Shown one piece after another: positions 30,704 to 40,542 of a stretch of 64,000 nucleotides of DNA. The position numbers and the translations under genes were made by a program. Each line of letters opens with the position of its first letter. Positions within the stretch are counted from its first letter, which is position 1. Source of the stretch: Candidatus Sumerlaeaceae bacterium (GTDB taxonomy: Bacteria; Sumerlaeota; Sumerlaeia; Sumerlaeales; Sumerlaeaceae); assembly GCA_051003195.1 (NCBI GenBank), contig JBPCLP010000058.1, positions 1 through 64,000 of the forward strand. Reading direction: 5' to 3'. The notes under the pieces were generated by a model. That model had not been told where the DNA came from and searched no databases. It was given only the letters and a program-made list of their open reading frames with translations.

Positions 30704-30803
30704 ACTAGTGTGCCGAATCAGTAGTTCCTTACCAGACCAAAGAGCAGATTGACTTCGATTCGGCACACGGAACAGATTACGAACTAACGGTAGACCACAC
30801 TGG
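30704..30803. repeat. ~100-bp MITE/REP-like element, copy 2
   Basis: Direct repeat of 29612-29712; perfect 12-bp internal inverted repeat 30708-30719/30757-30768. Confidence 0.85.
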
Positions 30804-30849
30804 TTCCTGGACAGGCCAGGGGAAAAAGCCAGGACGGCGAAAACGAGTA

Positions 30850-31123
30850 TCAGGCCTGCCGCATCAGTACTGGAACCGTGAATCCGCCGGTCATCTCCTC
30901 GCCCTTCAAAATCATCCAGTCATTCAAGTCCGATAACGGCGCCGTGACGGTCTGCCCGGCTTTGACTGTTCGATCGTGCATCGAGTCGTTCGCAAGACTG
31001 CCGGTAATCTGGTCCTCTGCGATACTCTGCACTTCAATCCAGATGAACTCTGTCTGTCCGGCAAACTCCAAAGGCATTTTGACCGCGTACTGGGCTTCCA
31101 CTCCGGGGGTGCGATTCCGGAAC
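30850..31123 (-). pseudogene. C-terminal part of a DUF2314/YegJ-like protein
   Basis: FRNRTPG...YAVKMPL..TEFIWIEV..ITGSLAND..V..G....LNDWM....GGFT matches the second half of the DUF2314 domain. Confidence 0.72.
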
Positions 31124-31244
31124 GATCGGAGTCTCTCCCATGTAACCGCATGGACTTCTGATAACCCTGTCGCACAGCAGCTGTTTTCACTCGATTTCTA
31201 AATGATTTGGGCTGTTGTAGTGCTAAAAATTGGGATACCGCCGT

Positions 31245-32276
31245 ATGCGAGTCACGGAGTTTGCCGCGGCAGTTGGGTCGCGGGTAGAGAACCTGGAGAA
31301 GGATTTTGAGGTCACGGGCATCTCCACACTGGAGGAGGCGCAGACGGGACAGATCTCGTTTGTAGCCGACCACAAGTACGTCAAGGCGGCGGAGCAGAGC
31401 AGCGCCTCGGCCGTTATTGTACCAGAAGGCGCGACGTTGAAAGCGCGGCCGTTCATTCGCCTGAAGGAACCGTGGTCCGGGGTGCTGTACCTCCTTCAAC
31501 AGCTGCACCCGCATTGGCTGCGGCGTTGGTACAAGGGCGTGCACGCCAGCTCTTATATTGATTCCAGTGCAATATTAGCGGATGATGTGGCGGTGGGTCC
31601 TCACGCGGTGATCGGACCTGGAGTGGTGGTCGGGGCAGGCAGCGCCATTGGCCCCGGTTGCGTGATTGGTCCCAATTGTACGGTTGGCGCAAACTGCACC
31701 CTTGGTGCAACTTCGGTGCTGGAGGCGGGCACCGTGCTGGGTGACGGAGTGATTGTGCAGGCAGGCGCGGTGCTCGGCGGCGACGGCTTTAAGTACGAAA
31801 TTATTGCCGGCCAGTGGACAAAGATCCCGCAAGTTGGTCGAGTGGTGGTTGGCCCGGACGCAGAGATCGGCGCAAACACAACCATCGATCGCGCGAGCTT
31901 CACGCAGACGCGTATTGGTGCGAACACAAAAATCGATAACCTGGTGCAGGTCGGGCACAATGTGACCATCGGCGCGAACTGCATTATCGTTTCACAGACG
32001 GGGATCGCGGGTTCTACGGAGATAGGTGACGGGAGCATCCTCGCCGCGCAGGTCGGTATCAAAGACAATCTTAAATTAGGCAAGGGAGTGGTCGTGCTGG
32101 CGAGGGCGGGCGTGACAAGTGACGTAGCCGACGGCGAGAAGATGCTTGGTTTTCCCGCGCGGCCATTTCGCCAGCAGGCGCGCATCATCGGAGTGGAGAA
32201 CCGGTTACCCGAACTGGCTGCGGAAGTTGCACGGCTAACGAAGAAGGTGGAGGAGCTGGAGAAGCGCGGCGGCTAA
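31245..32276 (+). CDS. lpxD: UDP-3-O-acylglucosamine N-acyltransferase
   Basis: N-terminal LpxD domain, hexapeptide repeats, [34 protein letters not shown]. Confidence 0.95.
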   Translation: MRVTEFAAAVGSRVENLEKDFEVTGISTLEEAQTGQISFVADHKYVKAAEQSSASAVIVPEGATLKARPFIRLKEPWSGVLYLLQQLHPHWLRRWYKGVHASSYIDSSAILADDVAVGPHAVIGPGVVVGAGSAIGPGCVIGPNCTVGANCTLGATSVLEAGTVLGDGVIVQAGAVLGGDGFKYEIIAGQWTKIPQVGRVVVGPDAEIGANTTIDRASFTQTRIGANTKIDNLVQVGHNVTIGANCIIVSQTGIAGSTEIGDGSILAAQVGIKDNLKLGKGVVVLARAGVTSDVADGEKMLGFPARPFRQQARIIGVENRLPELAAEVARLTKKVEELEKRGG

Positions 32277-32413
32277 TCGGGGAGTTTTTCGGCTGCCGTA
32301 CCAGGAGGGTTGTAGGACGCGCATGGATCGCTACCTCACGTCGCGTGCAATCCAATCGCGGCCTTGCAACTGTAGTGCTCGTGCTGCTGTTTTGGAATAT
32401 AGCCTGCTGGCAA

Positions 32414-33418
32414 TTACAGCCGGGTGCTCAGGTAGTGCCGGATGGTGGCAAGGGCGTGATCGCGGGCCTTTAGGTAAGGCTCGCGGATCAGTGCACCGCT
32501 GGCGTTGTGGTGCCCGCCACCACCGAGTAACGCGGCGAGCTCAGCGACGTTTACCTTGCCGCGGGAGCGAAAGCCGATGCGGCATTGCGCTTCCGGTGTC
32601 TCGTAAAGCAGCACGGAAACTTCAACGCCCTGGATACTGCGCAAATCGCTGGAGAGGCCTTCCGGTTCAGCGTCGGCACCACCTGCGTCGTCGAACATTT
32701 TCTGTGTTACTTCGTTCCACACAAACTGTCCGCCAAATTCGTAATTCAGGGTCGCATAAATTTCGCCGGTGAGCTTCACCGCACCGGGCTTGCGGCTGTC
32801 AAAGACAGCCTCTGCGATCGCAGCTGGATCGGCGCCGGCTTCGACCAGGCTGGAAGCAACACGGAAAGTTATATCGTCGGTGTTGGAAAAGCGGAAGCCG
32901 CCGGTGTCCGTCATCAGCGCGGTATAGAGGCAGGTCGCAATCGCCGCAGTAATTGGTTGGTCGAGTGCAGCAGCCAGGTGATAGATCTGCTCGCCGGCGG
33001 CCGTGGCTTCGGAGTCGACCCAGTTGACCGTTCCATAACAGGTGTTGCTTATATGATGATCGATGTTAACCACGAGACCCGTCGGGCTGAACGTCTCATG
33101 TACACGTTCGGGGTCCGCGCTGTCGACGCAAAGCGTTGGACCGGTACAATCATGCGGCCTGGTAGTAAGTATGTCCTGAAAGCCTGGCAGATACGAAAAG
33201 AAATCCGGCAAGGGACCGTGGGTATAGAATCGTGCTTTCTTGCCCATGTTCTGGAGCAAGTGCTTCAGGCCGAGGCAGGAACCCAGACAGTCTCCATCCG
33301 GGCGCAGATGCCCAACGATAAGGAAGTCATCGTTGTTCCGGATAATGTCGGCAATCGTGCCAACCACTTCCGGCTGGTCTCTAACTGCTCGTTCGTACGC
33401 GGACGTAGTCAAAGTCAT
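32414..33418 (-). CDS. nrnA: DHH-DHHA1 phosphoesterase (NrnA-like oligoribonuclease/pAp phosphatase)
   Basis: H..PDGD, NIDHH, TDTGGF, FRSRG, GGGGH..ASG. Confidence 0.9.
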   Translation of the reverse strand: MTLTTSAYERAVRDQPEVVGTIADIIRNNDDFLIVGHLRPDGDCLGSCLGLKHLLQNMGKKARFYTHGPLPDFFSYLPGFQDILTTRPHDCTGPTLCVDSADPERVHETFSPTGLVVNIDHHISNTCYGTVNWVDSEATAAGEQIYHLAAALDQPITAAIATCLYTALMTDTGGFRFSNTDDITFRVASSLVEAGADPAAIAEAVFDSRKPGAVKLTGEIYATLNYEFGGQFVWNEVTQKMFDDAGGADAEPEGLSSDLRSIQGVEVSVLLYETPEAQCRIGFRSRGKVNVAELAALLGGGGHHNASGALIREPYLKARDHALATIRHYLSTRL

Positions 33419-33538
33419 CTACTTACCAGTTCCTTGCTTTTCCGCGCTAAGATGCACAAAAGAAGCAGAGGTACAAAGTGCGGATTCTTTATTCCTGACG
33501 GACTCAATAAAAAGGCCAGGTGAATTTTCCCGTTTGCG

Positions 33539-36500
33539 TCACATCCCGGCCAATGCATTCAGTGCTGTGGCAAGTTCGTCCGTGCTTTGGAACCGGCTCG
33601 CCGGCACTTTGGCGAGGCACTTGAGTATAATCTGCGCGAAGTTCTCGGGTACATTCTCGGGCAATGGCGCAGGTGCGGTGTGCAGATGATGGTACTCAAT
33701 GTTTCCGTCGAGGAATGGTGGGCGGCCTGTTGCCATCTCGTACATAGTCGCGCCGAGAGAATAGAGATCGGTGCGCCCATCGACCGCATCCCCGCGGATC
33801 TGTTCAGGTGACATATAAAGTGGAGTTCCGATAATCTGGGAACCGGATCGGGTCGCATCTTTTCCGGCAAGCAACAGTTTCGCGATTCCAAAATCCGTGA
33901 CCTTTACCTGGTTGTTGTCCGTAAGCATCACGTTCGCGGGCTTAATGTCGCGGTGCACGATAGAGAGCTTGTGCGCATATCCCAATGCGTCACATACAGA
34001 ACGGACGATGCCGGCAATTTCCCAAACAGGAAGAATGCCTCGGTCCTGCAGCAGTTTCTTTACGTCGACGCCCTCAATGTACTCCATGCTGAGCAGCTTC
34101 TTATTTCCGTACTCGAACATGTCGTGAATGCGAACGATGTTTGGATGGGAAAGCCGCTTCGCCGCCCGGGCTTCGCGTTTGAACCGCTCGACGGCGGTTG
34201 GGTCCCCCGTCATGTAATCATTAAGAATCTTCAGGGCGACAATTTCTTCGAGGACTTTATCCCGGGCTCGATACACAATGCCCATGGAGCCGCGGTTGAT
34301 CTCTTCGAGAATGACGAACCGCGAATCCTTAAGCGTGAGAAAGATGGAGGGTGTGAGATTGCTGTCGCGGTCGCCCGCTTCAAGTCGAATCAGCTGCTCG
34401 ACGCGTTTCAACCTCTGCTCGACATCCTTATACGAAGGATCCATATCATGCAGGTGCTGCAATACGACTTTCGCATTGAGCAACTGATCAGTGTCTTCCA
34501 TGTCAGCGGAGAGGCGATATAAAATATCCTTCACTTCTTCGGAGGCGGGGAGCTGCTGAAATTTCTGCCAGGCAAGGTAGTGCAGCCCCTTTTGCCAGAA
34601 GCACAGTCCCAGGATTTTTAACGCTGAGAGACGATAGTTTTCATTCTGCACGAGACGCTGCAGAAGGTTGATTGCTTCGTCAACGCGCCCGGTGCGAATA
34701 AGAAGGCGAACGAGATTCAACTGTGTCGCCGGGTCTTCCGTGTGCGTGAGCCTGCGGCGGTAAAGCTGAATGAGGGAGTCGACCTGCTGATCGGTGCCTT
34801 TTTCCTCCGACGCGACACGCTCCAGCGCCACAATGGCTTCGTCGAGTCGACCGAGATTCGCGAGCGTTCTGGCTTGTCCCGCAACAGCGGATTCGTCCTG
34901 CGGGAACTTAGTTAGAAATAACTCATAAAGGTCTGCAAGTACCAGCGGATCTGTGCCTGTACCTTCGCTCAGCAGCTTGAGTAGCTTATGCGCTTCGTCA
35001 CGTTCACCAAGAGTCACGAGAATGCGCACCGCCCCCTCAGCGACAGCCGAATCCCCTGGATATGCCTTGGCGTACCGCAGTAACTCCTGGTATGCTTTCA
35101 GGTAGGCGTCGTACGCTGTGGCACTAAGTGCGTGGTCCTTTATATACGAAAGTGCAGAGGCGGCTTCTTCGCTGAGGTGAGTATCGGCATCATTTGCAAA
35201 CGGCTCCGTCTGAACTTCGGCCTCCGCTGTTTGTGTTACGGGATACGATCGGACCCCAGCCCCGCCTTCAGTAGCAGCCATATCGAAATCATCGTTGTTT
35301 TCAACAGATTCCGTAGAGCGGACGGCGGATGCTCCCAAAAACTCCTGTGCCACGGAAGGAACACCGGCTGACGGCGTTTGAAAGCCTCCTTCCACCGGCG
35401 TGGGCTGCGAGGCACCCGGCCGCTGGAGAACAGTGACAGGGCGAAGCCGAAGCTGGGATTCGGTGGGATTGCGGCCCGTAAGCACTTCTCCCGAGGTCGA
35501 TTTGCCAGGGCTTTTACGCTTGCGGCGGATCTGGCTCGCACGCTCACGCACGCCTGCCAGTGGGCTATCCTGCTCACCCCCAACCGTGAGAGCTATGCTT
35601 TGCTGGTGATGGGAAATCAGGTCCTCGGCGGAGACCTCTACCATGCCGTCGGCATTTATTTGAAAGGCAACCTGCACGCGTGCGGTTCCGGCTTTGCCGG
35701 GTTGAAGACCAGACAGGGTGAATTTTCCCAATGAACGGTTTTCTGAAACCCGGTCGGCCTCCCCTTGCACAACGTGCACGACTACCATCTCCTGGCCGTC
35801 CTCGGTGGTTGTGAACAGGCGCGCAGCCTTGAGCGGAATTGTTGAGTTCTTCTCAATAATGCGGGCCGTTCGACCCTCGGTTACTTCCACGCCAAGAGAG
35901 TGCGGCGTCACGTCCAGCAGCAAAACTTCTTTCAGTTTGCCGGCCAGCACCCCTGCCTGCGTTGCAGCCCCAAGGGCAACAATCTCATCGGGATTGATGC
36001 CCTTAAAGGGCTGGATACCAAAGTAGTCCTCCACAAGATCCTGAACGAGCGGAATACGTGTTGAGCCACCCACCAGAATTACGCGGTTAATGTCCTTCGG
36101 AGTCAGTTCGCACTCCTCGAGTGCGTCGCGACAGCAGGTAAGTGTGCGCTCGACCAGGGGATATGCCAGCTCTTCCAGCTCTTTGCGTGTTAAAGTCTCT
36201 TCCAGGTGCAAGGGGGTACCGTCTACCTGGGCGAGGAACGGGAGGTGGATGAGCGCCTGCTTTGCGATCGAGAGCTCGCACTTGGCCTTTTCAGCAGCTT
36301 CCTTGAGGCGGCGCAGAAGCATCGGGTCTTCAGGAATGTCTTTTCCGTGTTGCGCGGCAAAACGGGCCAGGAGGCTTTTGACGAGCAGGTCGTCTATGTC
36401 GTCCCCGCCGAGGTGCGTATCCCCGACAGAAGTCAGTACTTCGAATGTGCCACTGGCAATGTCGAGCACCGTCAAATCGAACGTGCCGCCCCCAAAGTCG

Positions 36501-37075
36501 TAAACCGCAACACGCTCGGCTTCGCCGCGTCCAAGGCCATATGCCATGGCCGCAGCGGTCGGTTCGTTGACGAGCCGCAGAACTTCCAGCCCGGCCATAT
36601 CCCCAGCTTCACGGGTCGCTTGGCGCTGCAGGTCGTCGAAATAGGCGGGAACAGTAATGATGGCTTTGTTAATTTCTTCGCCAAGGTAGTCTTCTGCGGA
36701 CTTCTTTAGCCGCGCCAGGATAAAGGCGGAAACCTGTGCGGGCGTAAACCCCTGGTCACCCACCTGTATCAGCAGTTCACCTTTTGGTCCGGAGGCGAGT
36801 TGATAAGTTGGGGCTATGCCTAGCGCTACCACATCGGAAGGGCTACGGCCCATAAGGCGCTTTACAGAGGTGATTGCCGATAGCGGGTTTACGGCTGCCT
36901 GGCGTCGTGCGACCTCTCCGACAACGATTTCCCCTCCCGGCAGGAACGACACAACGGACGGAGTGCGCGGCGAGCCTTCGATGCTCGGTATGACACGCGG
37001 CTGCTCGCCGTCGAGAATCGCGATGACGGAATTGGTCGTGCCAAGATCGATGCCTAGGATATTATCTGACGCCAC
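33539..37075 (-). CDS. Hsp70/DnaK-like domain fused to a TPR-like region and a Hanks-type Ser/Thr kinase
   Basis: GIDLGTTNS, TVPAYF, DFGGGTFD, LVGGSTRIP, LLDVTP; C-terminal RGSMGIVY, VALK, HRDIKPAN, DFG, GTPLYMSPE. Confidence 0.92.
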   Translation of the reverse strand: MASDNILGIDLGTTNSVIAILDGEQPRVIPSIEGSPRTPSVVSFLPGGEIVVGEVARRQAAVNPLSAITSVKRLMGRSPSDVVALGIAPTYQLASGPKGELLIQVGDQGFTPAQVSAFILARLKKSAEDYLGEEINKAIITVPAYFDDLQRQATREAGDMAGLEVLRLVNEPTAAAMAYGLGRGEAERVAVYDFGGGTFDLTVLDIASGTFEVLTSVGDTHLGGDDIDDLLVKSLLARFAAQHGKDIPEDPMLLRRLKEAAEKAKCELSIAKQALIHLPFLAQVDGTPLHLEETLTRKELEELAYPLVERTLTCCRDALEECELTPKDINRVILVGGSTRIPLVQDLVEDYFGIQPFKGINPDEIVALGAATQAGVLAGKLKEVLLLDVTPHSLGVEVTEGRTARIIEKNSTIPLKAARLFTTTEDGQEMVVVHVVQGEADRVSENRSLGKFTLSGLQPGKAGTARVQVAFQINADGMVEVSAEDLISHHQQSIALTVGGEQDSPLAGVRERASQIRRKRKSPGKSTSGEVLTGRNPTESQLRLRPVTVLQRPGASQPTPVEGGFQTPSAGVPSVAQEFLGASAVRSTESVENNDDFDMAATEGGAGVRSYPVTQTAEAEVQTEPFANDADTHLSEEAASALSYIKDHALSATAYDAYLKAYQELLRYAKAYPGDSAVAEGAVRILVTLGERDEAHKLLKLLSEGTGTDPLVLADLYELFLTKFPQDESAVAGQARTLANLGRLDEAIVALERVASEEKGTDQQVDSLIQLYRRRLTHTEDPATQLNLVRLLIRTGRVDEAINLLQRLVQNENYRLSALKILGLCFWQKGLHYLAWQKFQQLPASEEVKDILYRLSADMEDTDQLLNAKVVLQHLHDMDPSYKDVEQRLKRVEQLIRLEAGDRDSNLTPSIFLTLKDSRFVILEEINRGSMGIVYRARDKVLEEIVALKILNDYMTGDPTAVERFKREARAAKRLSHPNIVRIHDMFEYGNKKLLSMEYIEGVDVKKLLQDRGILPVWEIAGIVRSVCDALGYAHKLSIVHRDIKPANVMLTDNNQVKVTDFGIAKLLLAGKDATRSGSQIIGTPLYMSPEQIRGDAVDGRTDLYSLGATMYEMATGRPPFLDGNIEYHHLHTAPAPLPENVPENFAQIILKCLAKVPASRFQSTDELATALNALAGM

Positions 37076-37215
37076 TGGAGCTACTTACCTCTCTGGCTGA
37101 ACGTATGCCCCGATGCAATGGGAACGTTGGTTATAATCGTTTGGGCAATAGCAGCAATGCGCCACGATGCATCAAAGGAAGTTTCGGTGTCAAGTGCAGT
37201 AGCAGCAGATTGCGC

Positions 37216-38892
37216 TTAATGCTGGGTCGGCTCTTCGCCGAGATTAAGATGTCGCCGGATTTTTTGAGCAAGAACATTGAACTCGCTGCGAAGGTTCTCG
37301 ATCACCAACTGTGCCGCCTCAGGAGTGCTGACCTGGGCCTCGTTTACAAAGTCCCGAATGCGCATCAGGGGTGCCAGGATTTCCTGGCCGGCTTCGGGTA
37401 CATAGCCGCTCGCGCTGCCCATGAGAATCCCACTCAGCCCGGTGAAAAGGTCTGAAATACGTAGGTCTTCGGGCGTGATGATGAGTTCTCTGAGATCGCT
37501 TTCGGCCGCTTCGCCGCGCGTTTTGAAGACCGAGATCACCTTGCGAAGTCGGCTTTGAAGTTCCACCAGCCCTACATAGAGAATGTTGTCGAAATCCGAA
37601 GCATGCGGTATGGATGCGAGGCTCGACATCCCGGCGATGTCGTCAACCCGCCACGTACAGACGACTGTAACACCGTACTTGGTAAACAGCTGGTTGTACA
37701 GGGACAGCGTATATTCCCGTTCGCTTTCCGAAACGGCGCCAAGAAGCAGATCGCGCAAGCCATCGATAACGACACGCGTCGCGCCTTTGGTGCGAATTAC
37801 CTCCTCCAATGTATGGCGGAACTCGATTGGCTGCAGGCCAGTGGCGGCGGCGTGGATCGTGGTGAGACGGCCCGCCTCCGTGTTGCGCGTAAACTCCAGG
37901 CCACGGCGGTCCATGTTGCGCGTAAGCTGACCTGGACGCTCATGAAGGCTCACATAAACTCCAGCCTCGTCGTTTTTTAGACCCGCCGCGATAAAATGTG
38001 CAGCCAGGGTGGTCTTGCCGGTTCCTGTCATACCGGCGATCATCGTCATGGTTCCTGCCTGGAAGCCCCCCTTGAGAAGAGCGTCGAGGTCATCCACGCC
38101 GGTTTGCCGGCGTCCGGTGGGACAGCCTTCTTCGTCAACAGTGGGAGGCTCTAGATGCAGGCAGGGGCTTACACGAACACCGCTGCTGAAGATGCGGAAA
38201 GGATGCCGCCCCTCGATGGACTCTTGCCCACGCGTCTTCACGACCTCGAGTGTGCGTGTGCGGTGCCCTCCCATGTACGGAGCGGGGCCGTGGTCCAGCG
38301 TCAGGATCGTGTCCATGGCGAACTCCTCGGGGCCGAAACTGTCTTCGTGGCCGCCAATTGCCTCAGATGTCAGGATTGGCGTCAGTCCGAGGCCCTTAAG
38401 CTTCATGACGAACTCGAAGAAGATTTTGCGCTGCTCCTCCTGGGGCAAAGGAATGCGCCAGAACTGGCTCGCGGAATCGATGAGTACGCGTTGCGCGCGC
38501 AGATCGATTGTTGAGTCGGTGATTTGCGTAATGGCAACGCTCTCCTTTTCGGCGAACGAGCTGTAGAGGTCGTCCCGTCGAGCGAAGATAACCCGCAGCC
38601 GCCCCTGTGCCTCCAGGGCATGGAAATCCCAACCGAAGCTGAGGGCGTCACGGTACAGGTGTTCGGAGAACTGTTCAAAGGAAAGAATGATCGCTGGCTC
38701 ATCAAACTGCAGCGCTCCATTTGCGATCAGGTGCATGCCAAGGGCGGACTTACCAGCCCCGGGCGTGCCGCGCAGCAATATGCTGTTCCCACGAAGAAAG
38801 CCACCGCCGAGTATGATATCCAACCCCGGAACACCTGTTTGCATAAGATGGCCAGAAACCGCGGGGGCGATACTTTGGATGCTTGAAGCCAT
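37216..38892 (-). CDS. KaiC/RAD55-like duplicated RecA-type ATPase (start about 38892; ORF open to 38994)
   Basis: Two domains: TGVPGLD..GTPGAGKS..IDS..EEFAMD..VKTRG and TGVDDLD..GMTGTGKT..IDG..FKTRG. Confidence 0.88.
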   Translation of the reverse strand: MASSIQSIAPAVSGHLMQTGVPGLDIILGGGFLRGNSILLRGTPGAGKSALGMHLIANGALQFDEPAIILSFEQFSEHLYRDALSFGWDFHALEAQGRLRVIFARRDDLYSSFAEKESVAITQITDSTIDLRAQRVLIDSASQFWRIPLPQEEQRKIFFEFVMKLKGLGLTPILTSEAIGGHEDSFGPEEFAMDTILTLDHGPAPYMGGHRTRTLEVVKTRGQESIEGRHPFRIFSSGVRVSPCLHLEPPTVDEEGCPTGRRQTGVDDLDALLKGGFQAGTMTMIAGMTGTGKTTLAAHFIAAGLKNDEAGVYVSLHERPGQLTRNMDRRGLEFTRNTEAGRLTTIHAAATGLQPIEFRHTLEEVIRTKGATRVVIDGLRDLLLGAVSESEREYTLSLYNQLFTKYGVTVVCTWRVDDIAGMSSLASIPHASDFDNILYVGLVELQSRLRKVISVFKTRGEAAESDLRELIITPEDLRISDLFTGLSGILMGSASGYVPEAGQEILAPLMRIRDFVNEAQVSTPEAAQLVIENLRSEFNVLAQKIRRHLNLGEEPTQH

Positions 38893-39135
38893 TTTACTCA
38901 ACTCCTGCATGGGCTGCGCGCAAACCATGGATTTGCGCTGCATGAAACGACTTATTTTTTGATTGCCGGAGTCTTTGAGGAAGATGGCCGGCAATGCAAC
39001 TGTTTCCGAAAGAGCTGCCTTTAATGAAGTTCAATTGATTCAAAAGGTTTTAGTTGCCAACCTCATGCGGCTAGACATAAGTTTGGCTCTTGAACTTCTC
39101 CCCTGTCGAACGTTATACTTTAACAAGGCCGTAGC

Positions 39136-40518
39136 ATGGAATTAGAGGGACGATTAAACGCTCCAATGAGCTTGCCGGAAGTGCTGCAGTTTCTGGGCAT
39201 GGGCAAGATGACAGGTGCGCTTACGATTGTCCACGGTGACTACGCGGCAACGCTGGTGTTGCGGCAGGGACGGTTAATCAACTCCTCCAGCCTTGGACGC
39301 TCGCGGCGGCTTGGGCAAATGTTGATCAATCGGGGCTTGATAGAGCGCTCTGCCGTAGAAGAGGCGCTGGCATATCAGCAGGACTTTTCTCCCGGAACCC
39401 CTTTGGGCCGGATTCTGGTGCACCGGGGTTACCTTACAATGGACCAGTTGCGTCAGGCGATTCGTTTGCAGCTGGAAGAAGAGCTCTGGGATCTGTTCTC
39501 CCTGCGTGAAGGATCGTTTAAGTTCGAACATGGCGACGAGGCAACCATCGGCAGCGACAGCGTTGTGGAACTGGAGATCGAACCGCTCATCCTCGAGGGA
39601 ACGCGCCGGCAGGACGAATGGTCACGCATCGTTCGCAATATCCCGAGCGATTCGGCCATTCCTTACGTCGTCTCGCTTTCCGACCCAGAGGACCGTGAAC
39701 TTCTTCAGCTCTCCTCTTCAGAATGGCAGGTACTGTCGCTAATCAATGGAGACTATGACATGGGCTGCATTGCGAATCGCGGTGGCATTGGAAAATTTGA
39801 AACTTTTCGAGTGATTAACTCTTTCCTCGCTTCAGGCTTGGTTAAGGTTATGATGCCGACTGAGCCCGTGCCTGCCCGCGTACCGCTGGAGGAGAGCGCG
39901 GAAAGTTTCTCGGCTGCAAAGAATGGAAACGGCTCCGCGTCATCAGAAGAGCGCACTCCACCGGGGCTCGGTTCATCGGCACGCCTGGCTTCGCTTTTCA
40001 CTCGGTGGCGCGAAAGCGACTCTTCTGGTAATCTGATGCCACCACCCGACTCGGACGCACCCACTACGCGCCCGCGTGGTCAGCTATCGTTTGTGTCGCC
40101 GGTATCCTTTGTCGTGGCGACGTGTAATGCCGTCCTGGGTGAGCTGATGCGGCAGCCCGATTTTGTCATCGATCCGCGCGACGAACGCATTGGCGAGCGC
40201 TACTGGCGACAGATCGTGATGGATTTTCCAAAGGCGGATCTTGTTTGGGCAGAAGGAAATTTGCTCAAGGCGGAACGGTTTGACCGATATATTGAGTCGG
40301 TTGGCGTCGACGGACCTATGCGCGGTATCTACACCGATACCATGGAAGCGTTGTCTCGCTACTTGAGAACGTGCTATATGTTGGCGGCGCAACGCCTGGG
40401 CACAAAGGTTGCCCGCCGTACGTTTGCATCACTGCTGGAGGATTTCCGCCAGAGATCCAAGGTGTTAAATGCCGAGGATTTCTTCTTCAATGAATATGCA
40501 ACGAGAGCCCTGGCATGA
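39136..40518 (+). CDS. DUF4388 (PATAN-like) domain protein with MshEN-like RLG/LG motifs
   Basis: LEG.L...SLPEVLQFL...KMTG.L; RLGQMLINRGLI; PLGRILVHRGYL; LILEGTRRQDEW. Confidence 0.8.
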   Translation: MELEGRLNAPMSLPEVLQFLGMGKMTGALTIVHGDYAATLVLRQGRLINSSSLGRSRRLGQMLINRGLIERSAVEEALAYQQDFSPGTPLGRILVHRGYLTMDQLRQAIRLQLEEELWDLFSLREGSFKFEHGDEATIGSDSVVELEIEPLILEGTRRQDEWSRIVRNIPSDSAIPYVVSLSDPEDRELLQLSSSEWQVLSLINGDYDMGCIANRGGIGKFETFRVINSFLASGLVKVMMPTEPVPARVPLEESAESFSAAKNGNGSASSEERTPPGLGSSARLASLFTRWRESDSSGNLMPPPDSDAPTTRPRGQLSFVSPVSFVVATCNAVLGELMRQPDFVIDPRDERIGERYWRQIVMDFPKADLVWAEGNLLKAERFDRYIESVGVDGPMRGIYTDTMEALSRYLRTCYMLAAQRLGTKVARRTFASLLEDFRQRSKVLNAEDFFFNEYATRALA

Positions 40519-40542
40519 TGCTTAGTACACAGGAGGGCTACC

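Noticed and set aside
29612..30803. Repeat pair as a CRISPR array or NAD riboswitch
   Set aside because: Only two ~100-bp units separated by a gene, no cas genes, and one copy lies downstream of nadA
31560..32120. Periodic sequence in lpxD
   Set aside because: Explained by the normal hexapeptide repeats of the left-handed beta-helix
32585..33523. 312-aa + strand ORF and similar long antisense ORFs (14267-14932, 20092-20886, 61679-62464)
   Set aside because: Shadow ORFs opposite well-supported genes, expected in GC-rich DNA
37216..38994. Circadian kaiABC clock
   Set aside because: No kaiA or kaiB nearby and non-canonical catalytic and phosphorylation residues
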